DNA of 64,000 nucleotides from a virus (Duplodnaviria > Caudoviricetes): the IMG/VR virus record IMGVR_UViG_3300012007_000009, positions 32,001-96,000 of that record; one strand, given 5' to 3'. The notes under the pieces were generated by a model. The model did no database searches and was not told the origin of the DNA. It saw only the letters and a program-made list of their open reading frames with translations. How positions within the stretch are numbered: position 1 is the stretch's first letter; every line of letters begins with the position of its first letter. Positions 36,870 to 46,578 of this stretch are shown piece after piece. The position numbers and the translations under genes are program-made.

Positions 36870-37757
36870 CTATTCGACCAAGCTTTCGTGGTTAATCTCG
36901 CCACCGTCGCTTTCCATGCCGGCGACATACAGATTAATCGGGTCGTTCGGGTCAGCCCCGGGAATGGCGGAAAACGCCTTCAGGGTTATCTTGTCCCTCT
37001 TCTCTGACTTGAAATGGCGGACCTCGACCTCGTAGTCGGTATCGATTCCCTTCAGGATATTGAAATACAGTGCAGGAATCTTGCGGAACTTGTCGTGGGA
37101 ACTGGCATATGCCGCGTCAATCTGCGCTGCGGCCCCCATGCGGGTGCAGTTCCTGGGAATGACGTTGGTAATCTGCTGCCCGGTACGGCCCTTCATGTAG
37201 ATGCTCACCTTGCTATGGGTAAGGACCACGGAAACGAACTGGCAACCGGGAACCATCTTGAGCTCGTCGCACATCGTCTTCAGCTCGGCCTTGTCCAGCA
37301 CTATAGTGGACAGGCAGTTCATCGGGTCCTTGTCCCTCTCGCACGGGACGTGCCTGGATTTCTGGTCGAACCGGGTGGGGTCGGCGCATATGGCACGACC
37401 TACCTTGGTCGCAGTATCGGGAGTTCCGTTCATGAACCTGACCATAGGGTATACGTGTCCGTTCGTCAGGGTCTCGTCGAGGACGCTCACGTTGGACGCC
37501 GGATTCCCGGGAAACCCGACCAGCTCGCAGAACCGGATGAACTCCATCAGCGAGGCGACGCATACCTCGTTCCCCTCGAAGTTGAGGTCGTGCGGCCCGG
37601 CCGATATATGGAGGAATGTCGCCGTGGTAGGTACCGTAATCCTGCACCTCCCGTTACCCTTGAACATCACCGTAGCCTTCGACTTGCTCACCATCGTGAG
37701 CTTCTTCAGCAACACGAAGAACTGCGGACTCATTGTAATCACTTGCGGATTTTCCAT
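36870..37757 (-). CDS. Sliding clamp (gp45-like)
   Basis: N-terminus ITMSPQFFVLLKKL..VS...VMFKG...VCVASLMEFIRF parallels gp45 (MKLS..TL.ILKNF..IN...IYDL..FL). Confidence 0.65.
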   Translation of the reverse strand: MENPQVITMSPQFFVLLKKLTMVSKSKATVMFKGNGRCRITVPTTATFLHISAGPHDLNFEGNEVCVASLMEFIRFCELVGFPGNPASNVSVLDETLTNGHVYPMVRFMNGTPDTATKVGRAICADPTRFDQKSRHVPCERDKDPMNCLSTIVLDKAELKTMCDELKMVPGCQFVSVVLTHSKVSIYMKGRTGQQITNVIPRNCTRMGAAAQIDAAYASSHDKFRKIPALYFNILKGIDTDYEVEVRHFKSEKRDKITLKAFSAIPGADPNDPINLYVAGMESDGGEINHESLVE

Positions 37758-37760
37758 ACT

Positions 37761-39791
37761 CTAGCCTTGCCTGATTTTATCCAGGCTCCTCTCCATAAAT
37801 GTAGCAATTCTGTCAATGCCCAGGTTCATCTCGGGTGTCTTGGGACGCACCATGTACTCCATTGCTCCCCAGCATTCCACGGGAATCTGCATCATCGGTA
37901 TGGCGAACTTCCTGCATATCGCCGACATTACCGGCCCAAGAAGCCCCCTCTGGTCGCCGAGCTGCTGGAAGAAGTCGATGTACTCCAGCTCGTTCAGGTA
38001 GATTCCCCGTATTGCGACGAATGGACCGTCCATCACTTCGACCGGGTGGAACCCGGTTGACGCGGTAATCCCGGTAACGCGGAGCTGCTGCTCCCGGGAA
38101 ACCCCGCCGTACCACCCGTATGCCCCGTAGGATACCGGACACTTGTCCCATGAGCCGTCCGGGAGTATATGCCCGTACCCGAACGGGGCGACGGCGCCCA
38201 CGTTGAACGGCACCGAACCCAGGGTATTGTGGAACATGGGGTCGGTAATCATGGTGGTGGCCGGGGCGATGACTATCCAGGAAGGCTTTGTCCGTACGTC
38301 CGCCGTCCGCAGCATGCCCAGGGCGTTCTTTATGGCGCGGGCGAATGAAGGCGGTATCACCCTGCGTCCGAGCTTCTTCCCGCATGACACGCGGAACAGG
38401 CACTCGTCCTTGGCGTTGGGGTACGACTCGTATATGCCGGGAGTTCCCCGGGACGAGTGAATCACGAAAGTCACAATCTGGGGTTCCTCGGAGAACCTGA
38501 GTATGTCGTTCCGGTTCGGCCTGGTCTTCCGTACGGGAGACCCTGTCGTGAGTATATTGCGTATCGCGTCCAGCCTGGCCGACTCCTCCATGCGCTTGCG
38601 CATAATCTCCAGGTGCTTCTGCTTGCGCTCTTCCTTGCCCTGCTGGAAAGACGCGGCGATTGCGGCCTCCATCTGCTCGACCGGGTTCGCGAACTGCACC
38701 GGGGACATGGCCAGCTGGTATGTGCTGTTTGCCTTGCGCTTCCTCCTGGCCATGGACTGTTTCTTGCGGACCCTCACCTCGACTCCGGACGCGACCACCT
38801 TCTCGACATCCTCCTTGAGCCAGCCCCTGGGGGCATTCTTCGTATATCCTTTCGCGGGCACGACCACGTCGCCATGCAGCACCCTGCGGCATCTCCCGAC
38901 TATGAACTCGTCAATCCACCGTTCACTCTTCAGGAACTTGTACCGTATCGCGCGCCGGTTGTAGTACGGGAGTCCCTCGCAGTAGTATTTCCGTAGCTCC
39001 CGGAACTCAATCAGCTTTTCCAGGTCCTCCCTCCGGTAGCACCACTTGGATGCCCCGGTACCTACCGGGTTTTCCGCGTATTTCAGCATGCCCATCTGCT
39101 TCAGGTTGTCGAAGCATGCGTCGGTGACACCCATGTATACCCTTGCCAGTTTCGGGGGAAGGAAGTCCGGGAGCGGCGTTTTCCTGAACCTGTGGGATTC
39201 CCCCCTCTCGTGCAGGTACCTGAGAATCTCCGCCTTGCTGTACTTGAACGGGCATCTGGGCTTGTGCGGTTCTATCCGTATCTTCTCTTTCCTCGTCAGC
39301 CTCTTCAGCGTGATTACCTTGATGCCGATTAGCATCGCTGCGAAAGAACGCTTCAGCGGATTCACTATGAACGAACACAGGTATTCCGGGTCATACTCCC
39401 GCCTGAACCGTTCCAGGTCCTTCCTGTACAGGACGCGGTAGCCTGTGCGCGACGACACGCTCAGCCTTATGTATCCGAGCTTTACGTATTTCTGCCATGT
39501 CTTGGGCGTCATCCCGAGTTCTAGCATGGCCTCCGCCTGGGAAAACTCGTGCAACGGGTGCAGGTCGTCCGGGGGATATACCCGGTACTTGGATATCGCG
39601 TCCATCACCTCGGCATGCCGGTACTCCTTGGTGTTTCCCGGCGTGTACCTGTACGGAATCTCATCCAGGATTCCGGTGTGCTTCAGCCTCTCGACCGGCA
39701 TGTTGAGGTACTTGGCTACCCATGAGGCGGTAACGAACTCCGGCGGACCGTTCTTCCTGTTCCTGTATGCGACCCTCAGTATATTCGGCAT
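37761..39791 (-). CDS. Five tandem MerR/Xis-type winged-HTH repeats fused to a degenerate GT-A-like domain
   Basis: Repeats such as FSQAEAMLELGMTPKTW...G.I...YRKDLERF; C-terminal SFARAIKNAL...VGAVAPFG...VEVMDGPFVAIRG. Confidence 0.6.
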   Translation of the reverse strand: MPNILRVAYRNRKNGPPEFVTASWVAKYLNMPVERLKHTGILDEIPYRYTPGNTKEYRHAEVMDAISKYRVYPPDDLHPLHEFSQAEAMLELGMTPKTWQKYVKLGYIRLSVSSRTGYRVLYRKDLERFRREYDPEYLCSFIVNPLKRSFAAMLIGIKVITLKRLTRKEKIRIEPHKPRCPFKYSKAEILRYLHERGESHRFRKTPLPDFLPPKLARVYMGVTDACFDNLKQMGMLKYAENPVGTGASKWCYRREDLEKLIEFRELRKYYCEGLPYYNRRAIRYKFLKSERWIDEFIVGRCRRVLHGDVVVPAKGYTKNAPRGWLKEDVEKVVASGVEVRVRKKQSMARRKRKANSTYQLAMSPVQFANPVEQMEAAIAASFQQGKEERKQKHLEIMRKRMEESARLDAIRNILTTGSPVRKTRPNRNDILRFSEEPQIVTFVIHSSRGTPGIYESYPNAKDECLFRVSCGKKLGRRVIPPSFARAIKNALGMLRTADVRTKPSWIVIAPATTMITDPMFHNTLGSVPFNVGAVAPFGYGHILPDGSWDKCPVSYGAYGWYGGVSREQQLRVTGITASTGFHPVEVMDGPFVAIRGIYLNELEYIDFFQQLGDQRGLLGPVMSAICRKFAIPMMQIPVECWGAMEYMVRPKTPEMNLGIDRIATFMERSLDKIRQG

Positions 39792-40954
39792 CAGAAGAAG
39801 ACCTCCGCCTTGTGGAAGGACTGCTTCTTCTCCTTGTACGCCCTGATTCCCTCGAACCGCTTACGGGCGGCTTCCTTCTTCATGTTCCCGTACTTCAGCG
39901 CGAACAGTATGCCGGCCGCCTCCGGGTTGCGGACCCTGGCCTCTATTGCGTCACGACGGGCAAACCCCTCCTCGTCGACGGGAAGCTCCCCGGTCATTAC
40001 GGCACCGTTGATGTCCTTGCTCTTCAGGCCCTCCCAGGTAAACCACTTGAAACCGAGTTCGCATGTCCTGGCCCTCGCCTCCTGGCCCTTCTCGTCGTTG
40101 TCCCATATCACGACGACCTTGTCCTTGTTCTCCTTCAGCCGTGGATTGTCATTGAACACCGAATCAAAGTGCGGAATTCCGCCTATGGCAATGGCATTGT
40201 GGATAAATGTTGAATCTATCGTACCTTCCAGGATGTATATGGGCTCGTCGTAGTTGATGAAGTCTATGTTGTACGCGCCGCGCTTCACGCCTGCAAAGTT
40301 CAGGTAGCGGAGCGGGTTGCCCTGGTCTATCGCCCTCGCGTCGAACTGTCCCCACTTGCCACCGAAATGGTAGAACGGTATTATAATCCTGTTCTTGTAA
40401 CGGTTTCCGAGAGGCCTCCCGTGCTCGTCCAGCATGACGTTCCCGTTGGCGTCCCGGTCGAGGAACTGGTCACCCTCCTGGCACACGAACCACTCGGAGT
40501 AGACCTCCTCCCGTATCCTCCGGGAACGGCACAGGTTCAGCCCCGCGATTGCAAGCGGATGACCGGACATTATCGGGACGAGTTCGCCTTCCTTGAACGG
40601 GAGGGCCGATTCGAGGGGCCGCTGCTCGGCCTGCAGGGTAGTCTCCTTGTCCCTGCGGCCGCGCTGCGCCCCGAAAGCGCTGAACAGCAATCTCTGGTAG
40701 GCGTTCTCGTCGTGTGTGCGGAGCCACTTGGCGTATGGCATCATGGGGGTGCACTTGTAGCAGACGTACTGCCATGTATCGGTATAGATGTACGCCTTCT
40801 TCTTGTTCGGGCGGTTTATGTCGCCGCATTCCGGGTTCGGACAGACGAAGTTGTAGTACCCGGCATGCGAGTCATCCAGGGCAAACCCGGAGAACTGCTC
40901 GTGTATCGAGTCGTCGTAGACTGCGGCCGGTATGTCGTCGTATGATATTGCCAT
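39791..40954 (-). CDS. DNA primase (gp61-like)
   Basis: Zn finger CPNPECGD...CYKC; RIIIPF; TOPRIM ILEGTIDS and WDND. Confidence 0.92.
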   Translation of the reverse strand: MAISYDDIPAAVYDDSIHEQFSGFALDDSHAGYYNFVCPNPECGDINRPNKKKAYIYTDTWQYVCYKCTPMMPYAKWLRTHDENAYQRLLFSAFGAQRGRRDKETTLQAEQRPLESALPFKEGELVPIMSGHPLAIAGLNLCRSRRIREEVYSEWFVCQEGDQFLDRDANGNVMLDEHGRPLGNRYKNRIIIPFYHFGGKWGQFDARAIDQGNPLRYLNFAGVKRGAYNIDFINYDEPIYILEGTIDSTFIHNAIAIGGIPHFDSVFNDNPRLKENKDKVVVIWDNDEKGQEARARTCELGFKWFTWEGLKSKDINGAVMTGELPVDEEGFARRDAIEARVRNPEAAGILFALKYGNMKKEAARKRFEGIRAYKEKKQSFHKAEVFF

Positions 40955-40963
40955 TCTGATAAG

Positions 40964-41011
40964 AAATATAGTAAAAAAGAAAAGGACTGGATAGCATCTC
41001 CAGTCCTTTTT
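40964..41011 (-). terminator. Terminator after the SSB gene, fused to the next promoter motif (TACTATATTT, 40964-73)
   Basis: AAAAGGACTGGA/TCCAGTCCTTTT 12-bp stem; its T-run leads into ACTATATTT. Confidence 0.75.
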
Positions 41012-41041
41012 GCTACTGATTTGCTAAAAAGTTAGCCTAGG

Positions 41042-42520
41042 CTAAAATGGCAAATCGTCATCGCTGTCCGTCTCGACAATCGGGGCAGGGCCAGCCTGCG
41101 GAGGCATCATCTGAGCCGGCTGTGCCAGGGGAGGCGCAGCGGGCGGAACATATGCCTGCTGTTGCGGTGCTACCGGGGCAGCGGGGGCTGCAGGAGCGGG
41201 CGCTACCGGGGCTGCCTGGGGCATTCCGAACTGAGGAGCGGGGGCTGCCTGGGGGAATGCGGGGGCTGCGGGAGCGGGGGCTGCGGGAGCAGGAGCGAAT
41301 GCCGGGTTAGGGGCAAACGCTGGCGTCACGGGAGCTGCGGCTGCAGGGATAGGAGCCGGCATCTGCACGTTAGGTACAGCCGGAGCCATCTGCTGTTGCT
41401 GGCCCATGAACGCTGCAGGGTTGGTGTTGCTGGTAATCTTGGCGTTGGCAGGCACCTGCGGGATGCTGTTCTGAGTACCGGGCTGCATGCCCATGGGCAT
41501 CTGTGCACCGGTCTGGAACGGCTGCGCGGCATATGCCGGGGCAACGGCGGCCGGAGCCACGCCCATCTGCTGGGCACCAGCACCATATCCGGTCTGGTAG
41601 CCGGAAGCGGCCTTCTGGCGGGACAGGGCGTTGGCCTCATCCCAGAACTTCTGCAGCATGGCGATAGCTTCCTGCGGTGTCGGAATGTCCTGCATCACGA
41701 AACTGAGGTCATGACACTGGTCAAGAATCGCATAGATGGATTCGGTATCGATGACCGAAGTGGCCACGTTTGTAGCGGGGTCGACTACGGTCTTGGTGAA
41801 CAGAGGGCTCGGGTTCTTGGCGAAGGCGCTTCCCTTGTAGGTAGGAGCACCCTTCCTGCCGGTACCGAACGACTTCTCTGCATCCCACACGCCGTTGAGC
41901 ACGTAGTCATATCCGTTGGTCGGGTCATAGGGCACGAATGCGTCACCTGTATCAACGTTGACATCGTCAGTAATGCCTTGTGCAGCCTTGGTAAGCTTCT
42001 CGTTGTACTTGTCCACGGGTTCCTGGAAGGCAGCGTGCTGGTACTTGGAGTGGGGCCACACCTTGACCTGGTTGTTATACTCTGGGTGGTTTGTATCCTG
42101 ACGGATGAGGAAGTTACCGTACCATTCTTCCTCGGGAAGCTGCTGGAGGTATCTCTTCAAGCTATCCTTGGTTGCGCCCGGCTGCTCCTTGGCTGCGCGG
42201 TAGCGTGCCCACACGTCCTCGCAGAACGGGCAGTTGCGTTCGCCCGGAATGTTCTTGCAGCACTTGACCGTCAGGGTCTTGCCGCTGTTCACGTCGCGCA
42301 AGCGGTGAATCATCACGCTCACGTAGGGATAGGCATTGAGGTTCCTCCCGTTGGGGAGGGCACGTACGACCGCCTTGTAGGTGGTGTTGTTCTTCGTCAC
42401 CTTCGGACGCCAGATTCGCGGGTCCGTATTCACCCCGCCCTGTGCAGTGGCCTGCGGGGCAGGAGCCGGCGCGGACACCATGAGCATACCACCATTGGGT
42501 ACTTGTTGCATGTTTTCCAT
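41042..42520 (-). CDS. ssDNA-binding protein (gp32-like) with a long Pro/Ala/Gln linker and DDDLPF tail
   Basis: DPRIWRP, AVVRALP, CPFCE, N.LI..D...PE.N..VKVW, PYDP..G.D, PTY..S.F. Confidence 0.88.
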   Translation of the reverse strand: MENMQQVPNGGMLMVSAPAPAPQATAQGGVNTDPRIWRPKVTKNNTTYKAVVRALPNGRNLNAYPYVSVMIHRLRDVNSGKTLTVKCCKNIPGERNCPFCEDVWARYRAAKEQPGATKDSLKRYLQQLPEEEWYGNFLIRQDTNHPEYNNQVKVWPHSKYQHAAFQEPVDKYNEKLTKAAQGITDDVNVDTGDAFVPYDPTNGYDYVLNGVWDAEKSFGTGRKGAPTYKGSAFAKNPSPLFTKTVVDPATNVATSVIDTESIYAILDQCHDLSFVMQDIPTPQEAIAMLQKFWDEANALSRQKAASGYQTGYGAGAQQMGVAPAAVAPAYAAQPFQTGAQMPMGMQPGTQNSIPQVPANAKITSNTNPAAFMGQQQQMAPAVPNVQMPAPIPAAAAPVTPAFAPNPAFAPAPAAPAPAAPAFPQAAPAPQFGMPQAAPVAPAPAAPAAPVAPQQQAYVPPAAPPLAQPAQMMPPQAGPAPIVETDSDDDLPF

Positions 42521-42629
42521 AGGATTTATCCTTCTGAAAGTTGTTTAACTATAGTTCATGGACCGCACCCTAAAGCATGCCGGGTGCTGGTCCACACTTA
42601 AATATAGTAAAATCGGCTGTCAGAAGATG

Positions 42630-43313
42630 TCATTCTGAAGATTTTTCTTCGTTTTTGGTCGATTTCAGGTGAGGGATTGCCATTTTCGGGCCGTTTTCGT
42701 GCCCGATAAGCTGGAGTTTCTCCGCCTTTTCCAGGGAAGCCTCGACAAGCTGGTCGAAATCGTCGGGTATGGAGTAGTCCTCCTCGGTGGCGAACTCCTT
42801 CTCCAGCTCGGCCGCACACTCGGACAGTATGTCCTCGAAGTTCCACCCGATGCACTTCTGCGTCGTGTTGTCGATGATGCACGCCTCGACGAACCGCCTG
42901 GACACCTCGTCGTGCGACAGGGCCTCCTCGGTGACGTTCGGGTTGTACTCGTCGTCCACGTGCATGACACCCTCGTGCTGCTCGTCCTTGACCGTAAGAA
43001 TCTTTGCGGCTTCCTTGTCGTCCATATACGTAGATTCCGAAACTTCCTCGGACTCACGCTCGAACTCGGGAGCCCTCATCATGTAGTCCTTGCCCAGCAG
43101 CGGATTGTTCCTGCTCTCGCGAAGGTTTGTAATCCACTTGTTGTACGCCTCGGTCTTGACCAGCTGGCTATGAGCCGACTTGTCGAAGTCCGCGTTCACT
43201 ATGAGGGCGGACGTGGTCTCAATCTCCTTCTCCCTGCCGGCGAACTTCTTCTCGTACTCGTCGTTCTCGGCCTTCAGGGTATTGCCGTATTCCGGAAACT
43301 TGAACCTAGCCAT
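42630..43313 (-). CDS. Hypothetical acidic protein
   Basis: 227-aa ORF with genome-typical codons, coupled to the upstream gene. Confidence 0.55.
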   Translation of the reverse strand: MARFKFPEYGNTLKAENDEYEKKFAGREKEIETTSALIVNADFDKSAHSQLVKTEAYNKWITNLRESRNNPLLGKDYMMRAPEFERESEEVSESTYMDDKEAAKILTVKDEQHEGVMHVDDEYNPNVTEEALSHDEVSRRFVEACIIDNTTQKCIGWNFEDILSECAAELEKEFATEEDYSIPDDFDQLVEASLEKAEKLQLIGHENGPKMAIPHLKSTKNEEKSSE

Positions 43314-44001
43314 TGTTCATGTCCCTCATGATTGCGTCAATCTCGTCCATATTGATGTCCATCTCGTCGAAGTCTGGCTTCACGCTGTCGACTTCCTCGA
43401 CGACCTTCCTCACCTTGCCCTCGCCAAGGCACAGCGGGCATTCCTCCCCGTCTATCTCGCCCTCACCGTGGCATTCCGGGCAGGTAACCACGTCGTCGTG
43501 ACGGTCATCCCGGAGCTTCACCGGGTGCTTGGCAACATATTCCAGCTCCGCGTCGGAAATCCGGATGCCCTTCTCCTCGGCGACCTTCTGCTTGATGTCG
43601 TTCTCCAGGATTAGGCTGAACTTGATGGGGTCCACTGACGGCGCCAGGGTCATCAGTATGTCGAACATGCCGAATCCCGGGACCTCGTACTCCCTCCCGC
43701 TGCGGTCCACTCGCTTCACCGTACGCGCATACTTCTTGTAGGCGTTCCACAGGGCCAGATTGACCTTGTCCTTCGCCTTCTTGAGGTAGGTGTCGGGCAT
43801 CGTGAGGGTAATGCAGATGTCGCCCGGGAACCGCTGGGTCATCAGGAACTTGTTGATTTCCGCCGCTATGTCGTCGTTTCCGAGCTTTCCCTGCGCATCG
43901 GAGCCGGACGGCCCCATCTCGTCCCCGCGGTTGACGCCATCGGTTTCCTGGGGGTCGCCGGGAGACTGCTCGATATCGTCTTCTTCCATGCCGTAGTTCA
44001 T
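43306..44001 (-). CDS. Hypothetical protein with a DnaJ-type zinc-finger half (CxxCxGxG x2)
   Basis: CPECHGEG...CPLCLGEG. Confidence 0.6.
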   Translation of the reverse strand: MNYGMEEDDIEQSPGDPQETDGVNRGDEMGPSGSDAQGKLGNDDIAAEINKFLMTQRFPGDICITLTMPDTYLKKAKDKVNLALWNAYKKYARTVKRVDRSGREYEVPGFGMFDILMTLAPSVDPIKFSLILENDIKQKVAEEKGIRISDAELEYVAKHPVKLRDDRHDDVVTCPECHGEGEIDGEECPLCLGEGKVRKVVEEVDSVKPDFDEMDINMDEIDAIMRDMNNG

Positions 44002-44036
44002 AAAATCCTGCCGAATGCTTGTATCCGGTAGGAAAA

Positions 44037-44801
44037 CTATGCTTTTTTGGTGGATTTTCGACGGGTGGGTTTCTTTCTCTGGGCCAAGGCTTCAAGGTCG
44101 ACCGGCCAGTCGTCCATCCTGACCATGGAATAGTCGACAAGGGCCCTGGTATCGTACAGCTTCCTGGTGGTATGGTAAGTCAGCAGGGCCAGTATGTCCG
44201 GGGGAAGGCTGTCGGGACCCAGAATGTCGTACTTTATGTGGTTCCTGAGTATCTCGCACATCCAGAATGCGTCACATAGGTCGGAATGCGGGCTCTCGTA
44301 CTGCCTCGGGAACTGCTCGAACTCCGGATAGTAGAACTGGGGGTACACAGCCTTCATCGCCTCGCACATGGCAATCTTGCCGGCATCGCCGTTACCTGTC
44401 GCGAAATGCTTAATCTGGCCTATCCCGTAGGTTATTATACCCTTGCCCTGCAGGTAGAAGTGCCTGCGGTACACCCCGCAGAACTCACCAATCTGGAAAA
44501 TGGAGTTGCTGTTGCCCTCGTTGGCCTTCTCGTACGCGTAATCCTCGAAGGATACGTACTTGACGTCCTCCATGTCGCGCTCGAGTATCCTGACCGCGCG
44601 TTCCTGCCTCACCAGCATGGGTACCTTGTCGTAGTCGGTCCCGCTGCACATGATATGGACGTGTTCGGTCTCCAGGACGGCATTCAGTTTTGGCTGGTAT
44701 CCGTAGAACTGGATATCCTTGATGTCAAAGTTTTCGTCGTCGAGGTCCATTATGACCTTTCCCGACGAGTTCATCGATGGGTCTATCCCGGCAATCTTCA
44801 T
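44037..44801 (-). CDS. RuvC-like Holliday junction resolvase
   Basis: IAGIDPS, VSFEDY, IKHFATGNG.A.K, DLCDAF. Confidence 0.85.
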   Translation of the reverse strand: MKIAGIDPSMNSSGKVIMDLDDENFDIKDIQFYGYQPKLNAVLETEHVHIMCSGTDYDKVPMLVRQERAVRILERDMEDVKYVSFEDYAYEKANEGNSNSIFQIGEFCGVYRRHFYLQGKGIITYGIGQIKHFATGNGDAGKIAMCEAMKAVYPQFYYPEFEQFPRQYESPHSDLCDAFWMCEILRNHIKYDILGPDSLPPDILALLTYHTTRKLYDTRALVDYSMVRMDDWPVDLEALAQRKKPTRRKSTKKA

Positions 44802-44810
44802 GGTATCCGC

Positions 44811-46493
44811 CTATACGTAGTCGCCCACCGTCTCCAGCTCCACATTCACGTCTTCCTTGGGAAGTTCCGGATTCGTACCGGGAACCGCCTGTGCTTCCTG
44901 GGGCTTACCTATTGCCCTCTTGGGTCCGCCATCCTTCTTGCCGCCACGCGGGGCGTTTATCTGCGGTTCCGCCTCCGCCATCGCCATGTTGTAGGCGTTG
45001 ACTTCGTCCTTGGTCGGACTGAACCATCTCATCTGCTTGAAGTCGCACCTGGTAAGGAACATGACAAGAGCAGGACCGAGACGAGATTTCAGAATGTAGT
45101 GGCTGAACATTCCCATCGAGCGCAGCACGTCGTTGGCCGTCAGCGAAATCATCAAGTCGGCAGTCTCGGCGTAACCGGAAGAACCTTCCACGGATTCAAT
45201 ACCAGCTTCGACATTGTGGTAGCCGCTCCTGTTGAACTGCACTGCGGATACGCAAGCGAAGTTCCTCTCTATGGCGATGTCGCGGAGCTGTTCGGCCTTC
45301 ATTACGCCGTCGTTGTACATGGAGCTCTCGCTGACCCTTCCCCTCGTGGCCGGCTTCATGATGCCGATATAGTCGACCACCAGAAGGTCCAGCTTGCCGT
45401 GCGCAATCTCGAAGGAATCGATGACCGCCTCAATCTCGACGGGAGTGGTGGTCGTCTTCATGTACCTCACCTGTAGCTGTCCGGGGCGCGCGCCGGTCTG
45501 CCGGCATGCCTCGACTTCCGCGTCAATCTTCTGGCGAACCATGTCTCCGGTAAGCTGCAGGACATCGTAGAAATCGGTGGAACAGATGTTCGATGCCAGC
45601 CTCTGCCAGACATAATCCTCTGCAAGTTCCAGGGTAATATACAGTACATTGAAGCCGTTCTTGTAGGCGAATGCGGCCTCGCTACAAAGAGTCAGCGACT
45701 TACCGATATTGGGCTGACCCACGAATAGTGTCAGCGTCTTGCGGTAGTATCCGCCGCCGGCCATGATACCGTTGACGTCGGGCCGCCCGGTGTAGTACCT
45801 AATCTCGTTGATTCCGGACGGTATGCACTGCTTCTGCTCACGCAACTTCGCCAGTGCCAAATCGGCATCGGTATACATGTTGATGCCGAGGTCGGTATGC
45901 AGGCTGTAATTGACTGCCGCCTGCAGCTTAGGAATCAGGTCGCGTATGCCGTCTACTCGCTTGTCATGAATCGATTCCGCCGCACTGACCAGGATTTCCT
46001 CCGACAGCCGTTCCTTGAAGAAGGATTCAATCATCAGGACAACGTAGTCCTGGTGCATCGCCTGAATCGGGGTATTGTAGATGAACATCAGCTTGTCGCG
46101 GGCCTGTATGGCGTAGTCGTTCGCCCCCATTCCCGTGATGAGTTCCTGCGCGGTAGGCATCCTGCCGTGCTTGTGCTCGAACTTCCTGATTATGTCGACA
46201 ATGTTCCGGTTGTTCTCATCCTGGAACAGCTCGGGACGCAGGGTTTCCCGCATCTTAGGGCCCACCGAGGAGTCCTGGAAAAATACTCTGATTACTAAGT
46301 CTTCCCGGGTAAGCGCAATGACCTGCTGCTGCGGCACGAGGTAAGCCGGCTGTGTTGCCGGTTGGACGGCATACTGCTGCGGCATCACCTGCTGCTGCAT
46401 CATCGGCGGGAACCCAGCCTGTGCTGTCGGCTGTTCCATTTGTCCTGCCACCGCTGGCTGTTGCGGATACGTCGGGGTTTGAAAGGTTTCCAT
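44811..46493 (-). CDS. Replicative helicase (gp41/DnaB-like)
   Basis: GQPNIGKS, YITLELAE, VVDYIGIM, AVQFNRSG, LKSR. Confidence 0.92.
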   Translation of the reverse strand: METFQTPTYPQQPAVAGQMEQPTAQAGFPPMMQQQVMPQQYAVQPATQPAYLVPQQQVIALTREDLVIRVFFQDSSVGPKMRETLRPELFQDENNRNIVDIIRKFEHKHGRMPTAQELITGMGANDYAIQARDKLMFIYNTPIQAMHQDYVVLMIESFFKERLSEEILVSAAESIHDKRVDGIRDLIPKLQAAVNYSLHTDLGINMYTDADLALAKLREQKQCIPSGINEIRYYTGRPDVNGIMAGGGYYRKTLTLFVGQPNIGKSLTLCSEAAFAYKNGFNVLYITLELAEDYVWQRLASNICSTDFYDVLQLTGDMVRQKIDAEVEACRQTGARPGQLQVRYMKTTTTPVEIEAVIDSFEIAHGKLDLLVVDYIGIMKPATRGRVSESSMYNDGVMKAEQLRDIAIERNFACVSAVQFNRSGYHNVEAGIESVEGSSGYAETADLMISLTANDVLRSMGMFSHYILKSRLGPALVMFLTRCDFKQMRWFSPTKDEVNAYNMAMAEAEPQINAPRGGKKDGGPKRAIGKPQEAQAVPGTNPELPKEDVNVELETVGDYV

Positions 46494-46522
46494 AGGTCCA
46501 AATCCGTCGTTATCTCGAAAAG

Positions 46523-46557
46523 AAATATAGTAAAAAATGCCCGGTCAACCCGGGCAA
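46523..46557 (-). terminator. Terminator after uvsX, fused to the helicase promoter motif (TACTATATTT, 46523-32)
   Basis: TGCCCGG/CCGGGCA stem, then TTTTTT, then ACTATATTT. Confidence 0.7.
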
Positions 46558-46578
46558 TTTCATGATTCCAGGAAGGTC

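Noticed and set aside
40198-40206. Single perfect DnaA box (TGTGGATAA) in the primase gene
   Set aside because: An isolated 9-mer, plausible by chance; no phased array around it.
43306-44001. gp33 late-transcription coactivator assignment
   Set aside because: Only a loose resemblance in one helix; not supportable by eye.
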